A stretch of DNA of 51,756 nucleotides from Ionaspis alba (lineage: Eukaryota): contig CAXUUL010000033.1 of NCBI GenBank assembly GCA_964255285.1, forward strand, positions 1 through 51,756. Direction: 5' to 3'. A program made the translations under genes and the position numbers. Shown in pieces: positions 1 through 11,391 of the stretch. The first letter of the stretch is position 1. Every line of letters begins with the position of its first letter. Below the pieces are notes generated by a model. The model was not told the DNA's origin. It saw nothing but the letters and a program-made list of their open reading frames with translations, and did not search any database.

Positions 1-2848
1 TATGTTGTGCTTGCTCAAAGTGCATCAGCCGAGTTCGGTAATCCTCAAGAACTTGAACGTTCGAGTTGGTCATCGACCGGGAGCTCTCACGTCGAATGTT
101 AGGAACGAATGCTTGATCCGCCAACAGTCGTTTCTTTCGCTGTTGCTCTACTAGTATCAATTGCAACTGATAGTCCTGAAGAGCCCTATTACAGGATCCT
201 TGTATTGGAGGAGACACCGCAGACGGAAGAGACTCCAGCGCGCTGGGCGTCTGAAAAGTCTCATACACAAGTTCCGAAAATTTGTTGCCAAGCTTCAATA
301 ATTGTTCGCCCTTCTGCCATCCTGCTGACCCTGGGAATGGACTAGTAGGGGATTTGATGGTCGTCTCCTGATGAGAGGATGACGATCCGGGAATTGTAAA
401 GCTAGAATGCTCAAACTGCTGATTGTTCTGGTTGTTAGGATTCTGTGCCAACTGCTGAACTTCCAACTCCTGAGCCTTCAGAAGTACTTTTCTTTGCTGG
501 TCCAACAGCATCAACGACATCGAGTAGTCCTGCAGAGCATGTTTGTCGCCAGCTGCTTCTAGCATTGGAGGAATGGCCGGCGGGAAAGACAGTTCCTCTG
601 GATTCAATGGCCAAAAATTCCTAGCATCGCACATGTCCGCAGTTTCGTTGGGTTCCGCCTTTGTTATCGACCGCTCTTGGATCCACTGCTCTAGTTCCTC
701 GGTGTACCTATGATAGTCTGCGAGAGCATCACTCCTTGCTGCTCCTAGACTTGAAAAGGGAGCCAATGGGTTGACCCGTTCCTGAGAGGACTCGACTTTG
801 CGTTTGCCAGCTACGTCAATTTCATGTAGGGTCCAGACAACGAGAAGATGTCTCTTTTTTTGCTCTTCCAAGATCTTAAGCCATGCCTGCTGCTCTTTTA
901 GCTGAAAGATGGCAACGGGCAGTCTCTGCGACGGGGAACGCGACATCTCGGTTGCACTAGCTTGTGTCACTTGTTGGCGGCATGTCTCTTCTAAAAGCTC
1001 CGCCTGCGTCTGGTAAGATTTGAGGTAGTGTTTCAGTTGTAGGCCCAGTGGGGCAGAATTATTTACTAGGTCCTCTAAAGCTTGCTTTTCGACGCTGGAT
1101 ATATAGGGTGACACCATGCAATCACGCAAACGACCAATCTGCGAAACCTGCATTTGATGTTGCAGCTCTATACGGCTCAAGCCCTTCCGGTAGGTGGCCA
1201 TGGCATTGTGAATTGCAGCTTCGAACATGACCTGCGGAGTTGTGAGGCCCGCCTCCTGGAGGTTCCTACTCCCAGGGGTGGTAAACACCGGTTGTGGATC
1301 GGGCAATGACTCCTTATCGTCCCTTTCTACCTCTGCAAGTTGGTGCTGCGCTCCCAGATTTGGATCTCTCGTTTCAGCACCCAACGCTCGTGCGCCTTTC
1401 GCTTCATTTGCCAGTGAGTTCCCGTACCTAGCAGGTAGTAGAGTAGGTACAACTGAGTCTTCTGCTCTTAGAGCTGCCTGGACGCTTTGCCAAATCTCTA
1501 CAGCACGCATTATCACTTCGTGCTTACCGCGTAGGCAGGGATTGCGCTCGGCAAGCGCCCACCCCATAGCTTTGGCGTCTGTCTCAAGGTTTCCATCGGT
1601 GCCCGAGCATTGTTCCTTACCACAGGGAAATACTGGACGGATGGCATTTTCGGCTTTGAAAGCCTCGCTTAACGACTCGACATTCACGGAATCAGTGTCA
1701 CAACGGATTGTGTACTCCGTCAAGACGGTACTGCATGTATCCTCAAAGCCAATCCAGAAAACACCTTGCGCGTCCCTGCAAATGATGTGGTCTTTAGCAG
1801 ACGACGCTGATGAGAGGGTATCTCTACCTTTTTCGGGGTCCGGCATGGTGTAGTGACACAAAGGCTGTAGGCTGTCAGCATTAGAAGAGAGTCCCGCATA
1901 TCCTGTATGAGCAGTTTTATGACGACGGCGATGAGAGCCTGTGTAGGGAGGCCCCTCGTGATAATGAAGATTGGGAATTGAAGTTATCCCTGTCTTGACT
2001 CTGGTGCCCGAAAGACCATAACCATCCATCATTGTGCCACCAGATTCCCGATCTCGAAAGTCTGATCGCTCACTGTGGTGAGAGCCAGGCTGCTCGGTGA
2101 TAGACCTTCTTGTTTGCTGATTAGGCAGGATTTCCCCGTGAGGCGAGTCTATAGCATTCCTCATCAAGTCGCTTTTGAAATGCTCGAGGATCATTTCGAG
2201 TCGCATCACTGAAGGACCATGCTGACGAGTGTCAACAGAGCAGTCTGTAGACGCCGTGACACTGATCCTCTCATCTTTGCGAGGTGGCAATCTCTTTCTC
2301 AAGGTATCAGTTGAGACTTTTGCCAAGTCACCGGACCAGGATCGGAATCTCTTGTTATTGGTATGTGTTGAGTCTGCTCCCGTGACGAGAGTGGGACACT
2401 CCGTTAGAGGTGATTCTTCCAACATTGTACCGCCTTCGTTTGAAAAAGGCCCGACATGATCACGGTCTTCTTCTCGAGTTCTCTTTGAACCTAGAGGAAT
2501 TAGATCTTCGCCGCCTAGCGCTGCTTCGGAGGTTGTGCCAAAGGCGTCAAACTCGTCCTGCGTGGAGCCTGCGAAGTTGAATGTATTCTGAGGCTTAGTC
2601 CTGAAAGTGGCAGTATACTCTGGCACATTTGGACAGTGTCGAGTATTAGAACTCGAGGGTGCCGATTGTAGAGCATCCGTCCCGCTTGAAGAATTGGACG
2701 AGGATTCTCCTTTCCTGTTGGGTGTAAATGAAGCAAGACACGATGCCATGTTACTGGCATTGGGCTGCAGAACAGTTTCTCGTAAAAGAGCGGTAGTAGA
2801 AGCACCTACGCGATCCACCAAGGACTTCGGACCACTGTGCCGAACCAT
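1..2848 (-). CDS. Uncharacterised protein of at least 949 aa, 3'-truncated by the window edge; diverged conserved fungal DUF domain plus repeated Som1/Flo8-like helical motifs
   Basis: Hand translation shows no stop in this minus frame from ATG 2848 (MVRHSGPKSLVDRVGASTTALLRETVLQP) to position 2; the nearest upstream in-frame stop is at 2978-2980. It contains IICRDAQGVFWIGFED..EYTIRCDTDSVNVESLSEAFKAENAI..GWALAERNPCLRGKHEVIMRAVEIW (1490-1789), HALQDYSMSLMLLDQQRKVLL and RALQDYQLQLILVEQQRKKRLL. It is absent from the ORF track, probably because its stop lies outside the window. Confidence 0.85.
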   Translation of the reverse strand, partial: MVRHSGPKSLVDRVGASTTALLRETVLQPNASNMASCLASFTPNRKGESSSNSSSGTDALQSAPSSSNTRHCPNVPEYTATFRTKPQNTFNFAGSTQDEFDAFGTTSEAALGGEDLIPLGSKRTREEDRDHVGPFSNEGGTMLEESPLTECPTLVTGADSTHTNNKRFRSWSGDLAKVSTDTLRKRLPPRKDERISVTASTDCSVDTRQHGPSVMRLEMILEHFKSDLMRNAIDSPHGEILPNQQTRRSITEQPGSHHSERSDFRDRESGGTMMDGYGLSGTRVKTGITSIPNLHYHEGPPYTGSHRRRHKTAHTGYAGLSSNADSLQPLCHYTMPDPEKGRDTLSSASSAKDHIICRDAQGVFWIGFEDTCSTVLTEYTIRCDTDSVNVESLSEAFKAENAIRPVFPCGKEQCSGTDGNLETDAKAMGWALAERNPCLRGKHEVIMRAVEIWQSVQAALRAEDSVVPTLLPARYGNSLANEAKGARALGAETRDPNLGAQHQLAEVERDDKESLPDPQPVFTTPGSRNLQEAGLTTPQVMFEAAIHNAMATYRKGLSRIELQHQMQVSQIGRLRDCMVSPYISSVEKQALEDLVNNSAPLGLQLKHYLKSYQTQAELLEETCRQQVTQASATEMSRSPSQRLPVAIFQLKEQQAWLKILEEQKKRHLLVVWTLHEIDVAGKRKVESSQERVNPLAPFSSLGAARSDALADYHRYTEELEQWIQERSITKAEPNETADMCDARNFWPLNPEELSFPPAIPPMLEAAGDKHALQDYSMSLMLLDQQRKVLLKAQELEVQQLAQNPNNQNNQQFEHSSFTIPGSSSSHQETTIKSPTSPFPGSAGWQKGEQLLKLGNKFSELVYETFQTPSALESLPSAVSPPIQGSCNRALQDYQLQLILVEQQRKKRLLADQAFVPNIRRESSRSMTNSNVQVLEDYRTRLMHFEQAQH

Positions 2849-3797
2849 ATTGGTCAATCCGAGTGGTGTAATTACGGACAAGAGATGATTGCAACTTTGA
2901 AGTGGAAGAATGGGAAGAGAAGTAGGTGGGAGAACAAACAGAGTAGCAGGCTGAAGGATTCTGAAAAGAAGGCAATATTAGGCAGATGACCCTGCTGCTG
3001 ATGCAAGTCAATGCAGGACTCCTATCAGGGATATAAGGATAAATGACATGGTGTCCGCCTCAAGCAGAGAGCAAACGATGTAAAGTGTTCCTCGTGGACT
3101 GCCGAATGGCGGTTGTGGGAACCTCTCATCGAGATTGCTCTCTGAGTGTGTAATCGTTGTGCCTCTTGGACAAGCGAAGGAGAGGTTGAGACACTACTTC
3201 GCCCAAGACGAGATTTCATCCTAGCTTTTGGATGTTGAGCCTCTGAAGACATTCGTTCGGGCTGAACCCAAAGAGTAATACACAGTTGTCCCGTTGCCGG
3301 CTGTTCTTCAGATCAATTCTAGAAGGATTGTGGTGAGTGAAGTTGCATTAGATTCACCTTGCAACGCTGGACAGTAGACACCCCACGGTCGGGCCTTTGA
3401 ACGTTCGCGTCCTTTTTGAGCACAGTGTTCTGTCTGGGACGCCAAGGCTTAGCGCCTACCGCTTTCAATACTTCGATGGGTCAAGTACCTCCGGTTCCGA
3501 GCATCAGGCCTTGTCAAACAGCTACCATACATCGACACACTCCTCTACCAGAAATTAGAGTTTCTTTCGACACAAGTCTGTTAGCTCGGTCACGGTCTGC
3601 AGCAGGAGACTTCTATAGTAGTGAATCAATCTCTACCCCACGATCGCTCTGATATCCCACCGTCCGCGTCATTTAAGGCAAGGGAGCTATCACAATCTCA
3701 AATTTGAACCACAACCCACTGGAATCACACACTCTCGAGTCCCAGCCATAGCCTCCGATCATCGTGCGGAGTGTGCGATTGAGCGGTGGGTCTGAAG

Positions 3798-5550
3798 ATG
3801 GTGGACGGAGAACCCAATTCTCCAACATGGAAATTCACACAGTTGGTCCACGCTTAAGGGAGATCTCCTCCGGGATGGAGCTCAACTGATACCCTTTTCA
3901 GATGCTTTGGTGACAAAGGAGATGTTGAGGATATCACAGAAGGTCAGACACATCATCTACGACTAACAGCAAGGCTCTCGGTAATTTTGGCTAACATTCG
4001 TCACCTTGGTAAAGCGGATATCATCTCTACAGTAGAGTTTGACCATACCGGTAACTACTTGGCAACTGGTGATAAGGGCGGAAGAGTGGTGCTTTTCGAG
4101 AGGAACGAGACGGTGTGTAGTTCCCAGCTCGTCGACCCATCAATCGTCCCGTCGGCCACTGACAGCTGCAGAAAAAAACGTGCGAGTATAAGTTCCACAC
4201 GGAGTTTCAGTCGCACGAACCGGAGTTTGACTACCTGAAGTCGCTGGAAATTGAGGAGAAGATCAACAAGATCAAATGGTGTCGAAGACAAAATGCCTCA
4301 CACTACCTTCTTTCGACTAACGACAAGACGATTAAGCTCTGGAAGGTCTTTGAGAAATCCTTGAAGGTTGTAGCAGAGAACAATCTCTCGCACGATTTGA
4401 CGCCGGGCGGAGGGCTGGGTGGGGGGCCGGCGAGACCAAATCCGAATGCCCATTTCCGTAACGCTTCTGCCCTGAAATTGCCTCGACTGACACACCACGA
4501 TACCGTTGTTGCTGCTGTACCTCGCCGGACTTACGCCAACGCTCATGCATACCACATCAACAGCATATCCGTGAACAGTGATGGGGAGACCTTCATCAGT
4601 AGCGATGATCTGCGAATAAACCTATGGAACCTAAATATCCAGGACCAGAGCTTTAACATTGTTGACATAAAGCCAGCGAATATGGAGGAGCTCACAGAAG
4701 TAATTACTGCTGCCGAGTTTCATCCTCAAAGTTGCAACTGGTTCATGTATGCAAGCTCGAAGGGGACCATCAAGCTCGCCGACATGAGGGAAAGTGCCCT
4801 CTGTGATCAGCACGCGAAGCGTAAGCCTTACTGTTCTATCCCTGCAAGTTCTGAAGTCTGCTAACGCATTGTCGGTAGAATTTGAGCAAGAAGAAGACCC
4901 GACCTCTCGTTCCTTCTTTTCCGAAATCATATCTTCCATATCCGACGTACGATTTTCCCACGATGGCCGATACATTCTTTCCAGAGACTACCTAACTGTC
5001 AAGATCTGGGATGTGAATATGGAGCGGACACCGGTCAAAACCATACCCATACACGAACATCTACGGCCGCGCCTCTGTGACACGTATGAAAACGACAGCA
5101 TTTTTGATAAATTCGAGGTTGTCTTTTCAGGAGATGCAAAGAACGTTATGACGGGGAGTTATAATAACAACTTCATGATCTATCCATCAGACCCTGATCG
5201 GGAAATGGAGGTTGTGCTTCAAGCAGACAAATCAGCCTTCAAGGCCAAGAAAGTCGGTGTACCGACACCCATCAACTCGGCGACTAGTCCTACCAACGGT
5301 CCTGGCAAGAAGGGTGGATCCCGAGCGAACAGTCCGGCTGCTGGTACTGGAGGCCAGGGTGGCCGGATGCGAAAGGAGACGGAGCCTGACCAGATCGATT
5401 TCAACAAGAAGATCCTGCACATGAGCTGGCACCCATTCGAAGATAGTATTGCCATTGCGGCAACCAACAATGTAAGCCTTCTCGAGTATAGAACCCGGTA
5501 TCTTGGTAACGCTGACTCGTACGCAGCTTTTCGTCTTCTCGGCCTTGTAA
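3798..5550 (+). CDS. CDC55: Protein phosphatase 2A regulatory B (B55/PR55) subunit, WD40 propeller
   Basis: Six exons: 3798-3841, 3902-3942, 4015-4112, 4172-4820, 4879-5471, 5527-5550. The spliced product reads [109 protein letters not shown], the B55 signatures. Confidence 0.97.
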
Positions 5551-6343
5551 GCAACAGCTTCCATACTATTGTCTCGGCGTTCCGAGCATACTGGTGATCC
5601 TTTCCCACCCCATGCTTGGGACGTTGGCCATCCCCTTTCTAGATAACCCGCTGAAAAACGACACGACAGGCACGAGCACTCACATGAATGAGGAAGCTGA
5701 CGACTCATTGTCCTGGATGGAAAGCAGGAGGGAGGCTCTAAGCCATCAAGGTTCCTAGCATTACCAGGCGAGGAAACGTTCTTGCTTCTTCTAAGCTACT
5801 CTGGGGAAAGCATTCGTACGGCGTAGATTATGCATGATACGATATTCCACGTAGCGTAGGTAGATTGCAAGAAGAACTTTAGACAAGGTTCATGAATCTC
5901 CAAAAGCTTAAGTTGTACGAACGTAGTCTGTAGAAGTCAACAAGCCTCCATTCAGCAGTAAGATAGTGTCAGATCCGTCTAAAAAATCCGGCGACGGCAT
6001 CGTTAGCTTGAGGGGGCGGGTCAAAACCCAGTGTAAAGCGTGCACCATCCGAAGCAGTCACTGAACCTAATGTTTACTTCACGATCTACAACACTCGGGA
6101 AATCCCCGTATCAACTCTCACACATGCACTTTCCATGCGTATTTTCTGCAATGCTTTCTGCTAAATGATATCGTATTTGTGATTGACGTCATTATTCAGA
6201 CGAATATCGTGGGAACTATATGCGAGTATTGTGAGTCTGGTCCAAGTCCTTGGCTCAAGGAATGCTATATTGTTTCTCTGTGCCTCACACGAAACATATC
6301 AAGACAGCGCGGAGCCAACAAGGTTCTAGCACAACTCGACGTC

Positions 6344-7861
6344 ATGCCCTCCATACTCAGTGATGAAACTCGACGCCGAAATTATACACCAGCATCTCAA
6401 GGTAATGGCACCCTGACAGGCACAAAACGGATGAAGGATGCTCCTACGCTCGAGCATGTCACACCAAGGATTGATCCGCAAGGTAGAATGACGGTGCCTG
6501 AAGCCGTTGACATGTTTGGAGCCATGATTTACTCTACCTTGCCAGTTATGATCAGTTGGGGTATGACTATGAGTCTGATATTTGGAGGATGCTGCTCGAA
6601 TGTTTGGATCTCTACCGGATGAAAAGTTGATAGCGCAAAAGAGCTGAGTTACCGATCTAGGTCTTTGCATTGGAGGCGATTATTAAGTACGTTCCTGGCT
6701 CAAACATGATCTGTGTAGCTAGTGTTATACTGACAGCTTATCGTTAGTGCGGAGCCCAAGAGTGGTATTTGACCTGCTTTACTTTGTTTTGCTCGAGGTG
6801 GGGGCTAAAGTTGTAGAAAGGACTCTTGATCACCTTCACCCAATTCGTTATCACAGCTCTCTTCGCCTGGCCAGAGCACTTCTCCACTTCACGGCCACCT
6901 TGGTTCTTAAAACAGCCTGCGGTCCCTGTTTTACGATGGCTACCGAACATCTTCTTGTTTTTTACGGTCAACATGCTGAATAATTTTGCATTCGGATTTG
7001 ACATCTCTGTACCTGTGCACATCATCTTGCGAAGCGGTGGCAGTGTAACCACGATGTTGGTAGGCTGGATATGGGGAAGAAGATATACTCGTATGCAGGT
7101 ATTCAGCGTTGCAATGCTCACCGTTGGTGTGATTTTCGCCGCTATGTCAGATGCTCAATCTAAGGTATCTTCGCCTCATACTCACGTCGTCTGTAACACT
7201 ACAATGCGCTTTACTAATGTATCATATTGTCTAGGGAAAGATATCTTCGACTTCGAGATCAGCTCCGACAGGTTCTTTTCTCGCCGGGTTGACGATCCTT
7301 TTCCTTGCACAAATTCTGTCGGCCATGATGGGACTTTATACGCAGTCCACGTATGCTCTTTACGGCCCTCACTGGCACGAAAATCTTTTCTACAGCCATT
7401 TTCTCTCAGTCCCGCTGTTTCTCCCTTTCTTCCCATCTCTTCGACTGCAAGCCACACGGCTACTCCAATCCCGTCCTCTAGAATTTGGATTACCTTCTTG
7501 GACATCATTCTCAGACCATCAGCCATCCTCGTTGCTTGAGAAGATCACCTCGTTCACCTTTACATCTAAAGACCAGTCCAAAATTAGATTTCCGATACAC
7601 ATTGTTACGCTTCTTATCAACAGTCTAACCCAGTATGCTTGCATCCGAGGCGTCAATCTCCTGGGTGCTCGCACCTCGGCTCTGGGTGTCACGGTCGTCC
7701 TTAATCTTCGGAAACTCATCAGCCTATTCGCCAGTATTTGGCTATTCGGGAATGCATTGCCATTAGGCGTTATGGCAGGTGCAGCAGTGGTCTTTGCTGG
7801 CGGAGGAGTGTATGCATGGGAGGGAAACCGGATGCAAAAGAGGAAGACAAAGTCAGGGTAG
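6344..7861 (+). CDS. YEA4: UAA-family nucleotide-sugar transporter (UDP-GlcNAc transporter, Yea4/SLC35B4-like)
   Basis: Exons 6344-6601, 6661-6686, 6748-6764, 6821-7164, 7235-7861 give IFGGCCSNVFALEAII..GLLITFTQF..ISVPVHIILRSGGSVTTM..WHENLFYSHFLS..TQYACIRGVNLL..VVLNLRKLISL. The C-terminus is KTKSG, a KxKxx ER-retrieval signal. The start codon is the best guess. Confidence 0.92.
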
Positions 7862-8436
7862 AAGAGTGTTTTATACGATTAGAAGTTCTTTAGATGTGGT
7901 TGATAGAGGTGTAACACGCGGATTGTGAATATAGAGGGAGGAGGTCTATTCCAGGACCACAGATATATCCTATTGCTACTCGCCATGCATGGTGAATGAA
8001 TGTTGCAACAACCACCTATGTATTGATAATTGCTTCCAGTTTTCTTAGATCACAGCATGGTTCAACGTTTTTCATCTCTCTTCTGGCTGGCTTCCCCAAC
8101 CAGCGAGACGTCATGGCCGGAATGTCGCCAAGATTCCTGCAGCGGGCATTTCGCGCGGGCGTAGTTTTAGTACCACGAAAACCTGCCGAAAGGTAAACAG
8201 TTGAGCCACAGGCCTTCCGAGCATACGACCACATCTTGTGACAGATCTTCCAAGGCGCCGTTATTCTGTCCAAATCTCAGAATTACACAAAAAAAAGGTC
8301 ACCGAGGCGCGATCTGTTCTCTATGCGCAGTACCTGATCCATCAGCCAATAATCGTTCTGCAAACACAGCCAAATTCGAGCCTCAAAAGCATACTCGAAG
8401 GCGGGAGAAGACCGTTCTGCTCTATTCTTATATCCC

Positions 8437-11032
8437 ATGGCTTCGCTTGGGGAGGACCTTCTGGGCGTCGTAAACAAGCTACAGGATCTGGTCTTCAATA
8501 CCATTGGCAATGACTCGTTGGATCTCCCTCAGATCGTATGCCTTACTTCCTGACTCTAGAGCTCATAACTGATGCATTACAGGTAGTGGTTGGATCCCAA
8601 TCTTCAGGAAAGTCGTCAGTACTCGAAAATATCGTTGGCAGAGATTTTCTACCTCGAGGAAGTGGCATCGTGACTCGGCGACCACTTATACTACAACTCA
8701 TCAACGTGCCCAGCGAAAGGGACGATAAGCCTGAGTCCGATGATGTTCACGTTCCTCATACTGCGGCGAGTGTTGCTGGACAGGGAGAGTGGGCAGAGTT
8801 TCACCATATGCCAGGGCAGAAATTCTACGACTTTGCCGAGGTGAAGAGGGAGATTGAAACTGAGACGGCGAGAATAGCTGGGAACAACAAAGGCATCAAC
8901 CGACAACCAATCAACCTGAAAATCTATTCACCCCACGTATTGAGCTTGACGCTGGTTGACTTACCCGGGTTAACCAAGGTTCCCATCGGTGACCAGCCTT
9001 CGGACATCGAAAAGCAGACGAGGAACCTGATCTCAGAGTACATTGCAAAGCCAAATAGTATCATCTTGGCAGTTTCGCCCGCCAACGTTGATATTGTCAA
9101 TTCAGAGGCATTGAAGTTAGCTCGATATGTGGATCCCATGGGTAGAAGAACTATCGGTGTTCTGACTAAAGTCGATCTCATGGACCATGGGACAAACGCA
9201 TTGGACATCTTATCAGGCCGCGTGTATCCTCTAAAGCTTGGCTTCATCGGGGTTGTGAACCGCTCGCAGCAAGATATTCAAGGCAACAAGTCACTGTCAG
9301 AAGCTCTCAAATCCGAAGCCGAATTCTTTAAGCACCACCCGGCCTATCGGAACATGGCAAACCGATGCGGTACCCAATTCCTAGCGAAGAGTCTAAACAC
9401 CACCCTCATGGCACATATTCGAGACAGGCTACCTGATATCAAGGCAAGGTTGAACACTCTTATGGGCCAGACTCAGCAGGAGCTCGCAAGTTATGGAAAT
9501 ATGCAGTTCGATGGCAAGGAGCATCGGGGTTCTCTAATACTGCAGCTAATGACCCGGTTCGCCTCCTCATTTATATCTTCTATCGACGGTACATCATCAG
9601 AAATATCTACCCAAGAACTCTGTGGTGGTGCTCGAATATACTACATCTTCAATTCTGTTTTCGGAAATTCTCTTGAGACCATCGATCCGACCACCAATCT
9701 CTCAGTCCTAGACATCCGGACGGCGATAAGAAATTCCACAGGGCCCCGTCCCAGCCTCTTCGTCCCCGAACTTGCTTTTGACCTCCTTGTCAAACCCCAA
9801 ATTAAGATGCTCGATATTCCCAGTCAAAGATGTGTTGAGTTGGTTTACGAAGAACTGATCAAGATCTGCCACACTTGCGGATCGGTCGAGCTTTCTCGAT
9901 TTCCCCGTCTACAAGCTAAATTGATCGAAGTCGTCTCAGACCTCCTACGAGAACGACTTGGACCGTGTTCCCAGTATGTGGAATCCCTCATCGCCATACA
10001 ACGCGCCTACATCAATACGAACCATCCAAATTTCCTCGGTGCTGCAGCCGCTATGTCTTCTGTAATTGCAGATAAGCAGGACAAGGAAAAGAAGGCTATT
10101 GCGGCAGAGGAACGACGCAAGCGTGACCGACGGAGAATGAAAGAGCTAGGCGGCATTAATGGTACCGAGACTCCAGAAGACGATGATGAGGCCCTCGAGG
10201 ACTCCAAGACGATCCATGGCTTACCTGTACGAAATCACGCCATCAAGTCTGGTAGAAGCCGCTCTCCTGTGGTTGGGCGCGCCACGGAAAACGGTATGTC
10301 CGCAGTGATGAACGGTGCTCGGACTGGCTCTCCTCCAAGATTCGGCAACCCAGCGCAAGGAAACGCACGGGACTCATTCCTCAACTACTTCTTTGGCAAA
10401 GAGGGTGGTTTGCCTGCGTCTGGCAACTCACAAAACGCAGCCGTTGGTGGCACCGCAGCGGCAGCAGCTATGGGGAATCGGCATGTGAGTCATAATATCG
10501 AACCAAGCTTCAGCCAGAGTATTCGACGAGGAGACAATCGTATTAGCTCGCCGATTCAATCGACGCATAGCCATGGCCAAATGCATGGTTCAGATGATTA
10601 CGATATGCCAAGGGGTCAGCGGGATTATGATTATAATTCGCAATTTGTAAGCTCTTCTTAGCTGTGTATGCACGGCTCAAAGGAAGAAGTAGTACTGATT
10701 CTTCGCTATAGCCCAACACCTCCATACCTCAAGCTCCCGATTTGACCGAACGCGAAGCACTCGAAACAGAACTCATCCGTCGTCTTATTTCTTCTTATTT
10801 CAATATCGTACGAGAAATGATTGCCGATCAGGTGCCGAAAGCCGTCATGCATCTCTTGGTCAACCACTCCAAGGACGTGGTGCAGAATCGGCTTGTTAGC
10901 GAGCTGTACAAGGAGGAGCTCTTTAATGAAATGTTGTACGAGGATGATGGCATCAAGGCCGAGAGGGAGAAATGCGAGCGCCTTCTACACACCTATAGAG
11001 AAGCGGCGAAGATCGTGGGCGAGGTCTTGTGA
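8437..11032 (+). CDS. DNM1: Dynamin-related GTPase for mitochondrial/peroxisomal fission
   Basis: Exons 8437-8535, 8583-10646, 10712-11032. Contains [48 protein letters not shown], DLPG and TKVD GTPase motifs, the middle domain, insert B with SFLNYFFGK, and a GED ending AAKIVGEVL. Confidence 0.96.
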
Positions 11033-11391
11033 GGAGACACTTACATTCTTTTCCTGGGCTGAGACTTTGGAAGGTGGGTGAACTGCTGGTGGGTCGCTGT
11101 ACTTCATTAGTACCGGTGACTCAAGGACTCCGCTTCTTAGAGAGCCCTGTTGTCTCTGGTTGTGATGATAGAGCTACTCGTGTTGCTCTGGTTGGAGTCT
11201 TTGCATGATGTATCATATTGGACGCAGTGAGCTGAATAATTGACGCTCAATGCATTTTTCTCATCAACATTTGAGATTGTATCCAAATTCGTGTACACGC
11301 TTTTTGGCATATCATGTATTTTCCCAACCGAGCGCCTTATCCTGCCGCTCCAAATTCTTGACCGGAACTCCTACAGTATGTCCACAGCCGC

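Noticed and set aside
1227..1853. 208-aa plus-strand ORF and other short ORFs in 1-3650
   Set aside because: Most are antisense or out-of-frame shadows of the long minus-strand ORF, and the rest lie in the divergent promoter region. None has a recognisable motif.
3943..4014. Possible nested intron (stwintron) or micro-exon in CDC55 intron 2, suggested by internal ACTAACAG and GTAATT
   Set aside because: The sub-introns would be only 27 and 34 nt, and those splice routes break the conserved frame. A single 72-nt intron fits.
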